Source: Minutocellus sp. GHC0000111
Taxonomy: Eukaryota
Assembly (NCBI GenBank): GCA_977018835.1
Contig: OZ361257.1
Span: 2,728,001 to 2,792,000, forward strand
Direction: 5' to 3'
Length of the DNA: 64,000 nucleotides
Within the stretch, counting starts at the first letter, position 1. Each line of letters begins with the position of its first letter. The notes below the pieces were generated by a model that searched no databases, was not told where the DNA came from, and was given only the letters and a program-made list of their open reading frames with translations. This document shows, in pieces, positions 37,095 to 52,263 of the stretch. The position numbers and the translations under genes are program-made.

Positions 37095-39165
37095 CTATTT
37101 TTTAGAAGGATGACGAGCTGAGGGCTCCATCCCCTTGGCCGTTTCGTTGAAGTCGATCCTAATTCCAGTGTGCAAGTTTTCGTCACCCAACCTTCCAACA
37201 AACTCATTGCTACCACCGGCCTTAATCACCAGGCCCATTATCCTCCAGTACTGAATGAAGGCCGAAGCAATTTTGCAGTTAGGCATGCTATCGTAAACGT
37301 CCTCGGCAGTGTCCCAGATCTGGTAGGAAGAAATGACGGAGGTGCCTACCATTTTTCGTGCCCATTCCGAGTGCCGCCGGCTCATCGCGGGGAACACGCT
37401 CAAGTCAAGGACGTTGGCGTGAGGCATCTGCGGTGCCTGTGGCTGCCACGTCCAGCCTTGCTCAGCACAGAAGTTAGTAACAAATTGCGTGAAGGTTCCG
37501 TCCTCGTGAGGCCCGGCCTGGTCGCCCTGGACAATAACATGGCAATCTTCGCATTGCTTGCCCGGACCGACAAGGTTGAGAATCGCTGGGAAAATAGTCT
37601 CCTTGAATACGAGGAGCAAAGAGCATTTCGGATCCTTTTTGGTGCCTTCGTTCGATCCAGTAACGCAACAATCAACAAGAAACGACTCTCCTTTCCGGCG
37701 AAGAGGTTCCTTTGGTGTCCCATCGGGGTTGGCATTTGGGCACCGCATTGAACCATCAGGCTGTGATGCTGCTTCGTGCTGAGCTCGCTCCGCTATTTTA
37801 GGAGCTTGAGCTCGTACCAGTGGCAGTTTTACAACCTCGCACCCACTCTCAAGAGAACCGTCAAAGACAGCGGCAACAAATGCAATGGCCATGACCTTGT
37901 TGATGTGGCTCCTGTGAAAGGCCGCGTAATCTCTCGCTTTTTCACGCCGATTTCCTCGCAAGCCTTCGCAAAAGCTCGGAGGACGAGACCCCAGAACCAT
38001 TTCTCATCGCAATGCACGAGGAGAACTCGCTTCTTTCCATTCGGTAAATTGCCGTTCTCATCCCGAATGTTCCAGAAATTCCGCACGAGCTGAGCAAAGG
38101 CCAGATGCTTAGCTTTTTGAGCCTCCGACAGGCGCGGCACCAGCCGCTCCTTGTAGAAAGTGAAGGTGTCGAATGACTTGAGCCACCGCTCAATCGTCTT
38201 GTGCGAGCACCACAGACCAATGTCCTGCTCCAAACCACGGAACGATCGCTGAGGATTGCTGGAAAGGGCCGCAACAATGTCGTTCTGTGTGTGCGGCTGC
38301 CTTGCCAAGCAAGTGCTGCTCCCGCCTCTTCAGCTCCCACAGCTGCTTGTCATCGTCGCTGATGGTGTCGTACTCGGTCAGGTACGTTTTGAGCAACTCA
38401 TTGTCAGCCTCCTTCGATACAGAATCATAGCAGTCTTCCTTTGCCTCTCTGCACTCATTGATTGCATGCAGGCGCTTAGCAGTGAAGTGCTGCTCAGCCG
38501 TCTTGTAATTGTCAATGGTAGACTTTGGCCGAACCGACGAATCCTTGGGAGCGGGGGTGACAAATGCAAGCTCGGCCTGATCTGCTGGTATGCCCCGGGC
38601 AATGGCATTCTTCCGAGACTCGTTCTGGATGTCTCGCAGCCCATTCTTACCCTTCCTTCCCCCACGCTCTGCAGAGCTCACGAGCAGTGACCCTCCCATC
38701 CGACTGAAACTTCTGCGATGAACTGTTCCTACTTGAGTGCTGCGTCCCTCCGGTGCTCTTCAAATGCACTTCCAGAAGCAATCCCTGGGCAAAAAGCATG
38801 CTCTTGTCCTCGTCGTTCAATCCCTTCTTGCCTTTGGTTGCTCGATTCGCCTCCTTTCGAAGATGTCCCGGAGATTTTACGAGTGAAATTGGACGACGGA
38901 CGGACCAAATTTTTGTTAGTGTACGTACACGGGTCAACCCCCATAGCTGCTGCGCGGAGTGGCGGCGCCATGCGCGGGCGAACATTTCTTCCGGGTTCTG
39001 TTCCGCTCCGGACTGAAACGAGCAACACGGCAAAAGGGAAAGACACATGTGCCTGGGGTCTGGACGGAGTGACGTTTCCCTGTCCTGGCTCACGGAAAAG
39101 TCCTGCTCTAGACTAGTATCGGGGTCAATGTAGTAGGTCGTCCGGGGATGCGGTACCAGCATCAC
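37095..39165 (-). mobile_element. Frameshifted Tc1/mariner DD38D transposase, second L-form copy
   Basis: Copy of 11315-13385. Confidence 0.88.
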
Positions 39166-40945
39166 TGCCTAGCTAGCAGATCACACGAAGACAAGCCAGA
39201 CTCGTCTTCTTCTTCTCATGCCTGCCCGTGCGTAAACATTGTACCAAAGTAATTTTATTGCTGATTACTGCTTAGAAGGATGTTGTAGACCATAATCAAC
39301 AATAAAATTACTTTGGTACAATGGTCTCGGTGCTCTTTTAGCACATGATATAGATACGGTATTAGAGTGTTTCTTTTGGTACACTATTGTTTGAAAATTT
39401 ATTTTTATGTCGTAGAATGGACTTGTGCTGCTTCAAGAAAGAAAAAATACATCAAACTTTATAACGAAACAAAACCCATTTCGTTCAACGAATGGGGCCA
39501 CAACATGTGTCGCCGACGTGCCTCCCATTGAGAACAATCAAGACTACGGGGCACCATACCCTTGCAATAGCCTTTCACAACACTGTGGTGCAGCAGGAGA
39601 CTTGCGATTACTTTTTTGAGCCTTGAAAAATTCGTTCGCGTTAGACCCGATTTTTTCGACAGTTTCCGACGTTCCATCACGACCATGTTCGCCCGATGTA
39701 CAGCACCACGCCGGCCATCGCATACACTCTGACCACCTAGATGCCTTCCTGAATATTACTGGAAGGGATTTTTGGGCGATAGCGGTGCGTCGGTGCGTGC
39801 CTGTACTGCGAAATGTGGCCCAGCGCCATTACCACCCCCATTACACCACCCACCCGAAAGTTGGTCCGGATGCTTTTATGCGGTCCATGCACCACTTCCG
39901 TTGCACTGAGCCGTCGACGCTTCACCCATATATATACCAAGCGCATTTGAGTGGGGGGTGGTGGCATTTCTTGACAATTCATAGAGAAAACTATTCCCAA
40001 AGTCCCGTGTCTGATGTCGGCACCAGATTTCACCTTCATTGCTTCTGCCGCCCGAGAGGAACGAAACCGGAGAAAGCGGCCAAACCAACAAGTGAGATCG
40101 ATGGATGTAATATAGAATGAGCATCGTGCGTGCTGATATTGCGTGAAGGAACAGTGGTTGAGGCTTGAAGGGGGTTGTAGTTGGGGATTCGCTACTTTCA
40201 GATGTTTTTGCTTTCCATGGTGACGGCCACAATGATACAAAGATGGGGCCCAATATCGACCCTCTGGCGCAAACTTGCTCCCAATATTACCCAAGTGAAA
40301 GTAATGCCGGTCAGGGAGGATTGAAATGGATGTAGACAAGCATCAGCCATCATTCTTTGCCATTTTGAGGGTAAAAACATATTGAAAATTTCTGGGCATG
40401 AGGAGATGTTGCTAAAATAGCACATGATGTACGAATGAGTTTGCTTTCAAGTATGCAATACTCACCTAACGCATGTAGTTGGCGTATACATCGGTTGGCT
40501 TGGAGTTATTTATCGTTATACCATCATTTGGTGGCCTTCTTGTGGAGATGAATTCTCCTTGCTTTCGTCGCGTTGAGAAAGGCCATCTAGTGGGTTCATT
40601 TTTGCGCTGCATAAAGTATCGCACAAAAAAATTTCTAGTGCCTTACTATTTACGGCGATTTTTGTCGGCGGTCTCGTGGAATCACTCAATAAAAACTTTG
40701 GTACATGTACCGGTACATGTAGTCTACATTATTGATCTTATCCTCAGATGACAATCTGGTAAACGTTTACGTAGATTCTACTGACTATACATGTAATAGA
40801 ATAGAATAGAATGTACCGGTAGATCTACATGTGTACATGTGTACCGGAATAGGTACCGGTAGTCCGGGGCTCAATGAGCCCCTGCGGTAGTGATAATAAA
40901 ATGCTGGTGTAATTCTGGAATTTCTAATTCTTACTTGTATTCTTC

Positions 40946-43900
40946 TTATCTTCTCGTTGATGGAATTCTCACAACGAATCTGTCATCGATGTCCCAGTCC
41001 GAGACAGGAAAGTGCCATGCCATTCCTCCGTCTGGACAGGGATTGCCTTGAATCTCTCTACTAAAAAAGTCGGGGGTAGAGAACCCAATGGATCTATCGA
41101 CACATTCGTTTCCAACAAAGGCCGTAAAGTTGTAGTTGACAATGTGGGAGCTGTACCATCGTCGAAAGAGCCGTGGCTCCAGCATTTCCAGCTTGTGGTC
41201 GCGCATCTGATCATTACTTACTAGCATTGGTCGCGTGCCGGGCCAACGTCCGTCCTCGTTCTGTGGTGATACATCAATGTTGGCACCGTTGCGTGAAGCA
41301 ATCTGATCCGAGACCGAAGCAATCATCCAGTAATAGTCATCCAACAACCTCGGCGGGACGCGATAGAGCATTCCTTTCTCAATCAGACTGCATTATAAAG
41401 GAAGAGGAACGAAATGAGGTAGGTACCCTGTTAGAGACTCTTAAAACGAAAGGTCCAACGCGACCGCAAATCTAACGATGGAAAAAGTCACTTACCCATC
41501 TCGAATATTAATTTCCTCGTCGGTGAGACGCTGCAACTCTCCAGCGAATCCGGTATTGATTTTAAACGAATCAAAGCCATATTTATAGGGCAATACGACC
41601 AGAGGATTCTCCTTCAGCTTGATCAAAGCATCGACCACAAATTGGATTTGATGATAGTTGAACCTGCCCTGGTCAAAGTTTTGCATGTAATATGCTGCAT
41701 TTGCACCGTCAACGATGGCAGTGAATGGTTCTCCGGTTCGAGTGCTTTCGTTCAAGATGTCATGGCAATTGTCGTGTCATTACAAGAGAGAGAGAGAGAA
41801 AATTGAACAAAGGCACGAAAAATGGCCCATCGGTGAGTGACGACTAGCGCATACAGAGGGAAAAATCGGCAAAGCAAAGGGGGGAACAAAATGATACTCA
41901 CTCGAGCCAATCTGCAAAGCGACTCATTTCTTCAACGGCCCGCCGAGCGTCTTCCTTCTCCTTTTGTTTGTTGCCTCTAGCAAATTTGGCAGTTTCAGAA
42001 GCGGCGAGCTTCGCTAGGCTTGCTCTCAGCTGCTTTCTCTGCTCTTCATCCAGCATAACTAGTCTCAGCCTTGCCTTCGTCCTTGGACAGACGCCGGTTT
42101 CGTGATCTACAGAGATCCGACTTGCAACGACTTCATCATGTTCAGCGACATCATTGAAAACACGCATTCCAGCCAGCGAATGCATCTCCTGTAAATTTCG
42201 CCCTTCGTGTTGATCCTTGAATCCAATAGCAAGAGCATTATACATCTTCCTTGCAGAGGCGGCAGTTATCTCCATGATATCTTCTGCCATTTCTGTTACA
42301 AGCTCATCGAACAATCCCAGGCCACTTGTCTGGGAATAGCCAAGGTCAGTGGCAATGTCAATCGGCTCCGCATCTTCGCGGAAGCAGCCGTTCTCCGCAA
42401 GGGCTGATATCAGCATTACATAATTCTCTGGCTCCAAATGAACTGTTTCTGTGTTCCTCATCCGCTTAAAGAGTTTGAGAGCCGAGCTCACCTCCCCACT
42501 TTGGCAATACAGGCTCAATATTGGAAGATAAGAACGAAGTCGGACGACCGTACCTTCTTTGGACGCAAATATTTCCAACAATTGTTCCGCTCCCTGAGCA
42601 TCGCCCTTGGATATTAAGCCTTTTACACGAAGCGAGGTGCTATTGTCAGTCGGCTCGTAGAGCATGTCGTGCCAAAGAGCAACTTCATCTTGGATATTCA
42701 CACCATCATCTTTCTCCTCCTCCTCCTTTTCTTCAATAGCATCATCCTTGTTAGCACTCTCAGCGTCGTCCATACGTGTACCCGAAATACCACAAAAAAG
42801 CGAGCTGATTGAAGAAAACTTACTTCCCCCTCTGTGACTGTCTCTCCTCGCAAATGTAGAGAGCACTGATCCGCCGGTACTTACAACGTACAATATAGTG
42901 CTCATCAGGTCTTTGTGAGGCATCATTCCAGATTCCTTTATCTTTTCCCACATGACTTCCACAGGGGCCGCCCTGGCACGTTTGGCGCAATTGGTCGCCA
43001 AGACCTGCACAGCTTTCTCAGCAACTTCATATTGCTCGAGCGTTAGGCAGTCTCTTCGAGAAAAGATGCTCTCTGCTTTTCTAGTTCGCTCCGGAACCGA
43101 TGCCCAAATGATTCTTCCTGTCCGTCGCTCATGCCGCACGGCGCTACTGGTTCTGAACTGCAGGCCTGTCTAAGCGTTGGCAAATCATATGGGATAGTTC
43201 TCTGATTATTCAAAAGCCATTTGTAGACAGGACGGAGGAATTCTTGCTTCTCATCTTCTGTGGTATTCTTCATGCCCCTAGTCCTCATTTGAACAAATCT
43301 TTCTCTCTCAAGTTCTTCTCGCATGAGAGTTTCGTACTGCTCGAATGTTTCCTTGTCGTAAGCATTTGGATTCACAGGTTCCGGTTCGAAATTGGCACCA
43401 TCGTCTGTTGTATCGAATATCGACCGGGCTCTTTCATTTGGCGGCGCAAGATTATAGTCTCCGGAAAAAATGGAAGCGCTGGTGCTACTGGGGCCGTCGA
43501 TGCTGCTAGAAGTACCTCTGCCTCTGTCGCCATTGGTAGAAAATTCGTCTCCGCGTCTACTCGCTTCCCTAGGGCCGAATGAGGAACGATCTTGGTCAAT
43601 ATCATTTCGTCGTCCTCCGTCGGGGTCGGGGTAGTTGTCCAGCCTGTCAAGTAAGTTGGCCAAGGTCGACCCCATCCCACCTCGATTCATACTTGTGCCA
43701 ATCTTGTCGGCCCGGCGCCTTTCAATCAAGTCATCTACCTCATCAAAGAAAGAAACGAACTTCTTTTCCCCTTTTGGCCGACTTCCTTCCCTTCCTCTTC
43801 TTGAACTCAACCGCCGGCCGTCTCTATCTTGGTTGTAGATGCTGCTCAGAGTTGGCCTTTGGTTGTCATTGTTTACAGTTGAGTTGTCATCCTCATCCAC

Positions 43901-44280
43901 CAATAGACTGCTCAATGGTGGCATGGGATTACTCTGAGATCTGGCATCATTCTGTCGCTGCCGCTCCCGCTCGTTCCGGGCGGAGGTTTCTCCCCACAGA
44001 TCAAGAGGGGACTTGCGCACGGACGTTTCATCCGTCGTGGGTCTACTCCGATATCTATAGTCGACACCATCGTCCGCAGTTGCAGCAGCCACGTCCTCCC
44101 CATTCCTCATGGCTCGCAACGCAGCAGCACTGTCCCGTGGGGTGTGATCGTCACCATCATCAAAAATGGACGAGGAAAATACTCGTGTTGTCAGAAGCAC
44201 TTCTGGCTCGCTAGATGACCAGCAGACAAACGTGATCGCAGCACCCGAGATGATGGTGCTCTCAAAGGAAGTCTCAACAT
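40946..44280 (-). pseudogene. PRORP: PRORP, second L-form copy (three exons, frameshifted at ~43047)
   Basis: Copy of 15166-18503 with the same indels. Confidence 0.93.
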
Positions 44281-44636
44281 GTCGTCCGATACACTGCGTC
44301 AATAGTACGCCCAATGCACCAGCATACACCCAAGCTATCTGGTTGGCAGATTTGTTGATTTGTTTTACGCACGGACGGACGGCGACGACGCGGCGGCTCC
44401 CCCGCACTCCATTATTTTTTAGTCGAATAAGTCAAGTAAGCAAATCAGTTGGTCTAAGCGCAAGAACAGCGCAAGGAAAAACATGTGACGCACCACAGTA
44501 CGTGTTGCAGATGGTGCGTCGTCGCTCAACGAAGTGCTTGTTCTCGCTTTGCTCACATCATATTCTTTCCCGGACCTTCTCCCTTCCGCTACGTTACTGG
44601 CTAGACTAGAGCTATTAGCTGCAACAATAGGAAACC

Positions 44637-46586
44637 ATGACCGAAACATCTGGATTCGACGTCGTAAGTTGCCTGCTCCTGTATTTCTCTGCGGCCCTTA
44701 TCCTACCGGTCGGTGATGTGCCGATGTATCGGTTTTCACGGAAAATCTTTCTTGGATTCTTCTTTTTGTATGATGTGGTGTGGAACAAAGAGTCTTTGTG
44801 GGAGAGAAATGACTTTCTTGTCGCTGAGAGGCTATGGAGATGGTCCGTTTGCGCCAACTAAATGTCCAATGAGCACCAACTTGGTTGATACAAATCAACA
44901 CTTGCGCTTGTTCTTTCACAGCGACGAATTGGAATGGATCGGAATAATCGGACGCTAAAGAACAATGCCCTCTATTCCGAGATTCACCATTCCTGCATTT
45001 CTTGGCGATCCGATGGACCGTTCATCTTTCTCCGTATACACTTCAACTATTTATTCTCAATGCACTATACTGATACTATATAATTTCCTCTTGTATTTTT
45101 CTGTCCGAACGCTCCCAATGATGTGTTGTATTGACTTTGCCAATGCCAATGCCAAATTAATGTCCATGAATCAACTTCCGCGGTACCATTTCTCAACGGA
45201 TGGCGATGACAGGACGCCCCGACCCTCAATCGGTTCGTAATGGCCAACACTCGTGATCACGAGCTTGTGATCCTTGTCAACGCTATCGGTACCTCCTGCA
45301 AGCTCATTGCCTCGGCCGTCAAGCGGGCAGGTGTTGCTCAGCTCTATGGCCTTGCAGGTGAGGTGAACAGTACCGGCGATGACCAGAAGAAGCTCGACGT
45401 TATGTCCGATGACATGACGATCAACGCCCTTGTCAACTCTGGAGTTTGCTCCGTCCTCGTTTCTGAAGAGAAGGAGGAGCCCATCATCGTCCCCAAGGAG
45501 AAGGCTGGCAAGTTCTGCGTCGCCTTCGATCCTCTCGACGGATCCAGTAACATTGACTGCAACGTCTCGGTCGGTACCATTTTCAGTGTTTTCGAAAAGA
45601 AGGAAGGATCCGAGGGAACCGTCGATGATCTTCTCCGGTCTGGGGCTGAATGCGTCTGCGCTGGTTACTGTGTCTACAGTTCTGCCGTCGAGCTTGTCTT
45701 CACCTTCCAGGGCGGCGGAGTCCACGGCTTCTGCCTCGACCCCGCCATCGGTGAGTTCATCCACACTCGTCTTGTTGTTCCTGTACTTGTGTCCGCTCTG
45801 GCACCAGAGATTCCGGCCGCTCATTTATCTCGAGTGTCAAGGCTTGTCTCTGAAGCTCTCGGGGATAAAGATGTCGGTGGCGGTACCGATGCCACGATGG
45901 ATTCCGCTGCTGCAGCACGATACGCCTCAGTAAGGAGTGCTGTGGCAGACTTTAATCGGGACATGCCAGTACCAGCCAATGAACTCGTCTACGGCGAACT
46001 CTCTGTGCCAACCCTTGGAAGAATCTTAGATGCGGTTGGGTTGGAAGAGCAAGAAACATTTTTGGACGTAGGTTCTGGAGATGGCGCATGCGTTCTTGGG
46101 GCGTCCCTTCTATACAATCAAGATGATTCCCTGGTAATACCCAAATGCATTGGGGTAGAGATTGTGCCTGGATTGGTCGATAGGTCAGAGCACCATGCTG
46201 AAAACTTGGCCGACATATTACAAAGAGAGAAGGGGAGTGGCAGCAGCTTGAGGCAAGCACAAGCTCAGGTTGAGTTTTTACTTGGTGATATTCACGATAG
46301 CAGTGATCGGGTGATGTCACGAGTTCTTTCGCAAGCAACGGTTGTGGTATGCTTCGCTACAACATGGTGTGCGAGCAATACAGAAACAGGCGACAAAACG
46401 TCCTTGCAAGGTCGAAGATTACCTAACCTCTCTCAGGCTCTATCGGCGTTGAAGAGAGGAGCCAGGGTCGTTATAATCGATGGCAAATTGAATTCTCGTG
46501 ATGGCTTTGCTTGGCAAGGAGACTTGCGCATTGTTTGCCCAGATACAGCACCCTACTCTACCGCAACCTTGTACCATAAGCAATGA
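44637..46586 (+). CDS. Chimeric FBPase-N / DOT1-like methyltransferase, copy 4 (variant allele ILVNAIG, LYGLAG)
   Basis: Intact ORF with two non-synonymous differences (45276, 45349) from the other copies. Confidence 0.88.
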
Positions 46587-47940
46587 TTATTTACTGACGG
46601 TCCACACATACAGCAATAGAGCTTCACTCATACTTTATTATCGCAGCTTTTTGGTATATATTACAAATCAGCAAAGAATGTCACTAGTAGGCAGCAAAGA
46701 ATGTCACTAGTAGCGGCTTTGTAGTATATATACACATACTGCAGCAAAGTGAGTCTGCTACGTAGATCACCTACCGGTATGTAGCTACATTTAGGACATG
46801 AAAGTACGTACATTAGAACCTGTATGACAAGGATGATTGCTAAAATAAGGTCGTCACTCTTTGGTGATAAGTTACAGTCCAGTACTACATAAACTTCACA
46901 TACCATGTGGCAGGCATGACCTTCAAGTCAGTTCCGTCACGGCTTTTCCCCGCGTCTCTTCCCTTGTCCATAAGGAGGATGCTTGTTATACAAAATTTCA
47001 ATGGCTGGATAATTCACTTTCCTAATTCCTTGATCCTCGTCTGTCTCCTCGCCCGGCGTCACATCGCTGGAGGAGCATTGGTCCGGCGTGAAGCACATTG
47101 CTGAACACACCGAGAGAAGGACTGAGTTGTCGCCCAATTCTCCACACGCAATCTCACTCCAAAATGAAGAATTTCGTCGGTGATAGTTGTGGCGTGGTCT
47201 GCTTCGCCCTCCTAGCTTCTTGGTATTGGTGTCGCCCTCTACAAAAGTGCGGGCGTCGTCGTCGTCGTCATTGTCGTCATTGTCGTCAATGGTGAGCGAA
47301 TCTCCACAGAATACATGTATGGTCGATGGGAAGGATCGACAGGAAGACTCGTCGTAAGGGTCCTCTGGTGCCCTAAGGCGCGATTCCACGTAGTCTTTCC
47401 ACATTGAGACTCAACTGTCACACGCAACAAGTAGACGGGATTCTTGTTTATTGCTACGTACTAGTAGCTTTTGATCGGATGTAGCCGAAACAGTGGAGCA
47501 CTTCGCGTGTTGCTCGCAATCAATTAATTTGCTGAGGAAATGATCACTGAGCAGAGAGTGAAAATGGATAGCCAAATAGCACGTGCGTGTGAGGCCACTT
47601 GCTGGTCATTGTGCTAACCTTCCAGGAGCTACTCCTAGCTACGTAGCTAGATACGAGAGTATGCAAGCTGCGCCATTGGCGGCTTTCGACTATGAAAGAT
47701 CAAAGCACAAGATTCACTCGATTCATCAAAGATGCGCGCAAGCACCGAGCGCATCTTTGAAAAATGGCCCAACAACCAGGAGATTGGTAGAAACCTCTGA
47801 AATGAATGACGAATCGAATGAATCGAATCGAATGAATCGAATCGAATGAATCGAATCGAATGAATCGAATGAATCGAATCGAATGAATCGAATGAATCAT
47901 CGAATGAATCGAATGAATCATCGAATGAATCGAATCGAAT

Positions 47941-50345
47941 AACATCTGGAAGCAGCCACAGCCCCATCTCGTCTTGTTTCGCCGGTCGGATGAAGCGTTT
48001 TTCGGCAGAAGACGAACACGTCACGAAGAAACCCACCAAAACCCAATCTCGTTCGTCACCCATTCTTTGACCGTCCAACACCATGGTGGTCCGTCGGCGT
48101 TGCGCCGGCGTGTAACCATGTTTTCGCACCAAACACGCATTCATTGTCATGTTTGGACACAGTTGAAGCTCACTGCATCCTCAGATTGGCCTCCGCTGCG
48201 TGTCAACGCCACGAGCCATCGGCCTGCTTTTCCTCCATCTGTCGGCCGTTCGTTTCTCTGGGGTGGTGCCATTGCTCTCCGTCTTTGTGCTCGTCGTGCT
48301 CCCGTTGTGATGCCCCAGACCCTCTGGCACTTTCCCACGTTGTTGTTGATGACAAACTGCCGGGATTGCGCCGCACCCCCCGCATGGCCGACTCTCGCTG
48401 ATCCCGACCGATGATCGCATCCCCACTCGACCTCCCGGATTTGTTGCGCCCGAGGAGAGACAGACAGTGTTGGGATAAGTTCATGCAACAATCAACCCGA
48501 CAAAGGGACTTTTTGGTCTGGGAGACAAATGGGTGAGTTAAGAAGGACGTGATGTGTTTGTTTGGGTGTGCTGTTTGCTTTTTTGCTCAATCGCGATGCT
48601 GTCCCCCCGCCTCTCCTCGACCTTTGGATTGGATGCCCTCTCCTCAGCCTTGAACTGCGCCGTCTGTTGGGCCTCATGTCCCTTGACGCCCTGAGTCCGA
48701 CGATCTTCCTTAACGCCCTCTTGGTGGGCTCGCTCCACAAACGATTCGTCGAGCCAACAGATGCCGCCCCATCCATTCTTCACTCTAGCCAAATGTGTTG
48801 GTCCAAGATGTGATCTTCGAGCAAGTGCCACTTTGGCGTCATGCCAATGCCGATTGCCCGTGCTTGCTTGAGGGCACTTGCAATCAATGCTTCAAGCTCT
48901 CTCACAGCCTTCTTTGCCTCATCATCCCATTTCATGCACCATTTCAGAAACCTGGAACATGTTGCGTCAAGAGTGTGGAGCAAATTAGAGCAAGCTTTGC
49001 AGAGCTCTTTGATGTCGTCATCCGTCATGCCATCTTCCTCGCGATTGTGCTCTAGGAGAGTTCCTTTGGTGGAGGTGTTGTGGTGGATGAACTCTGTTGT
49101 CCTTGGTTTCTTCTTGTTGTTGCCATCATCAGAAACATTAACAACAGACAAAGCTCTCCCCAGCACTCTGCCAGCACTGCCCTTGTTTCACCTGAGTCGG
49201 CCGCCTCAATGCCGGCCTTTTTCAGGAAATGGAAGTGAGGGGCATCGTCATCCTCGGCATCATCGACAGCTCCCATCTCTGGCTCGCCATCACCGTGCTT
49301 CTGACGACTCTTCTCAAAGCACTGCTGCATGCATGCGCTTCATGTGCAGCGTCCTCTCTTGCAACATCAGCTTCGTCCTCACAACAGGGCACACAGTCCT
49401 CGTCTTCGTCGTCATCGTCCTCACTGATCTCGCCGGCCTCCGTCGTGGTCAGGGTGCCCACCGTCCCAACATCGTCGTCGTCATTGTCCCACCCATCGCC
49501 CTGCCTGGCCATCACACCCACCAGGGAACTTCTGGGCCTCGAGCAACATCTGCCTGTTGACTTCGTAGTCCATCGCCGCATGTCCCACCGACACATGTGG
49601 TGCGACCGACTTGAGGAATGCATCACATGCCTTCGTCAAATTGAGCCGCGGCGGCGGCATTTCGAGGCGAAATTGTTGCTCGACCGTGACCACGTCGAAA
49701 GCCACATCCATCCATCATCATCATGGAGAGCGTCGGCTGCACGAGGATTGACAGAACCGAGGCGAACAAATGTGCTCTTTTTGTGTGGGGTTCGCTGAAC
49801 GTCGTCGGCAAGGCAGTGTCTTGACACCATTTCATCCCATCCATTCTGGTTGTCTGTCCTCACAAAAAACACGTCGCAGTGTGTCTTCGTCGTCGTGTGT
49901 TTCTTCTTCTTCAAACCCAAGATGCCCGCAGTGTGCACGACGGCGCCGCACATGATGGGACTGCATCCCAACACATTCATCAAGGAGTCGTTGTTGTTGC
50001 CGATGAAATTGTAGCAATGAAGTTCCTTTCTGCGAAGACGGACGAGTGGTTCAGCCAGGCAGGGCGTCCTGCACCGCAACTCTGTCTGCGGTGTTGACCG
50101 CGGGATTGCGGCCGTTGTTTTTTTGCTCATGGAGAGTTGTGGATCGAGACCAACGGGAACATCACCAGGATGTCGGGAGCACCTGGTTGGTCTCGTGCCG
50201 TAACTCTCCCACACCAGCGCGAGATGTCGCCTTCGTTCTGCACGCAGCGGCGGCAATTTGAATTTTTGCCGCCATGGTGGCTCGCGTTGGGCGCGCCGGT
50301 CGGTTGCTTCGCGCGCCGGCCGGCCACCGAAAGTGCGACCAAAAG
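47941..50345 (-). mobile_element. TpA-depleted transposon-derived block, copy 4
   Basis: Copy of 7372-9776. Confidence 0.55.
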
Positions 50346-50650
50346 TATGCGAGTCATCCGGCTGGCAGATGGTGCTGTGCTGACGCTGCTGCTGCAGCTG
50401 CTATCACAGGAATTCCTAGCTAGCAGCTGCGTGCCTAGGCCTAGGTGCCTACGAGGTCCGGGACAGCAATTTCGGGGACCCGGTTTTTTGGGTCTTTGGA
50501 CTTTCCGACACGGCGGTTTGCGCGCACCTTGAAAAACACGCGGCAAAGCAAGCAAATCAAAACACATCCGTCAACACCGACCTCCAAGCAATTACCACAA
50601 ATAGACTGGGCAACTTCTGCCGACTGGCGCTTCAAGAAGCTTCCATACTC

Positions 50651-51787
50651 ATGGATACTCCAAAGGGACACATCTTCAGTCCACCGCGTCCACCGAAACG
50701 CGCCGAGGCGACTGCATTCAGCCCCTCGCGCCATGAGAAGGAAACTTCCAACGAAACGCCGGAACATCCGCGGTATCGAGAGAACAAGGACAACGATGAC
50801 GAGGAGGACAACCAAGGGGTCCCACCGGCATCGTCAGACCTCACATCTCCTCGTGTGTTGAAATATCGACGCGAGTACAACGAAGAGGATGGCTTCGCCG
50901 CCGAACAAGCCCAAGCAAGGAAGTACTTGCATCATGACATATTGCGTGCCGACTTTCGCGGTACCGCTACCGTTTCATCTCATTCTGATGAAGATGATTC
51001 ATTCTCAGAGATGAGCATAGCAACCGCCGACGCAAAGCCAAGCGGCGAGACGAGAAAGCCCGTGAGCTCATTCGACCTTCCCTCCGCCACGCCCATGGTA
51101 ACAAGTCCAATGTCAGTTCATACTCAGTATGCTCTTACCCCAAGCCGCTCATGCCCGTCGTTCAGCAACCTTCAATTGTCATCCCCTACCATCTTGGAGC
51201 CCTTGCCTCCAACCGAACCAATCGAACGACAGATTTAACGAGAGGTTGAGGAACATCGGAGGCTTGCGTGCTTTTTGACGTACGGAGAAGCACCACTACC
51301 ACAAGATATAAAGAACTACAAGTCACCCACATGTAGTCAGAGGCCCGAACCAAGAAGAAAAGAGAAAGGGGTCTACCTCCCCTTCAAACAAGTTCCTGGT
51401 TGGGGTAGCGAGGTCGCGGTCACCACAATGCTAGGCATGATCGAAGTCGATCGCCAAGTAAGAGAGGGTCGTGGTGCCTACCCGAAAGGGTGGAGAAGCA
51501 GAGAACTCGGATTGTATGATAACAAGACAATAGAATTCTCTATTGCATTATCTACTGACAAGATTGCATTAGATGCATATAAGTTGGGATATGAGGATGG
51601 GAGTAAACAACCAACTGCTCACCCTGCCCTCACTGACAATAAACTTGCCGATGCATATGGTGTGAAGCGCGGAAAGATTCGTCAGTCCCTCCACGCTGTG
51701 TGGCTTTCTAATGATCATAAGAAGGCCAAGGAGGCAAAAAAGAATACCGGTAGAAATAGAAGAACAAAGAAGCCCACCGTGATATAA
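50651..51787 (+). pseudogene. Hypothetical ORF with in-frame stop, copy 4
   Basis: Copy of 24934-26070. Confidence 0.6.
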
Positions 51788-51882
51788 ACAAACCAATGCT
51801 GCTGCATCTTACATGTAGATCTATAAATAATTTGTAGACGTGTAACATTTATTTAATACATGTGTAAAGACATTAACACTAT

Positions 51883-52263
51883 CTATTTATTAGAAGGATG
51901 ACGAGCTGAGGGCTCCATCCCCTTGGCCGTTTCGTTGAAGTCGATCCTAATTCCAGTGTGCAAGTTTTCGTCACCCAACCTTCCAACAAACTCATTGCTA
52001 CCACCGGCCTTAATCACCAGGCCCATTATCCTCCAGTACTGAATGAAGGCCGAAGCAATTTTGCAGTTAGGCATGCTATCGTAAACGTCCTCGGCAGTGT
52101 CCCAGATCTGGTCGGTGGAAATGACGGAGGTGCCTACCATTTTTCGTGCCCATTCCGAGTGCCGCCGGCTCATCGCGGGGAACACGCTCAAGTCAAGGAC
52201 GTTGGCGTGAGGCATCTGCGGTGCCTGTGGCTGCCACGTCCAGCCTTGCTCAGCACAGAAGTT
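51883..52263 (-). pseudogene. Mariner transposase C-terminal fragment (S form)
   Basis: Copy of 389-769. Confidence 0.85.
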
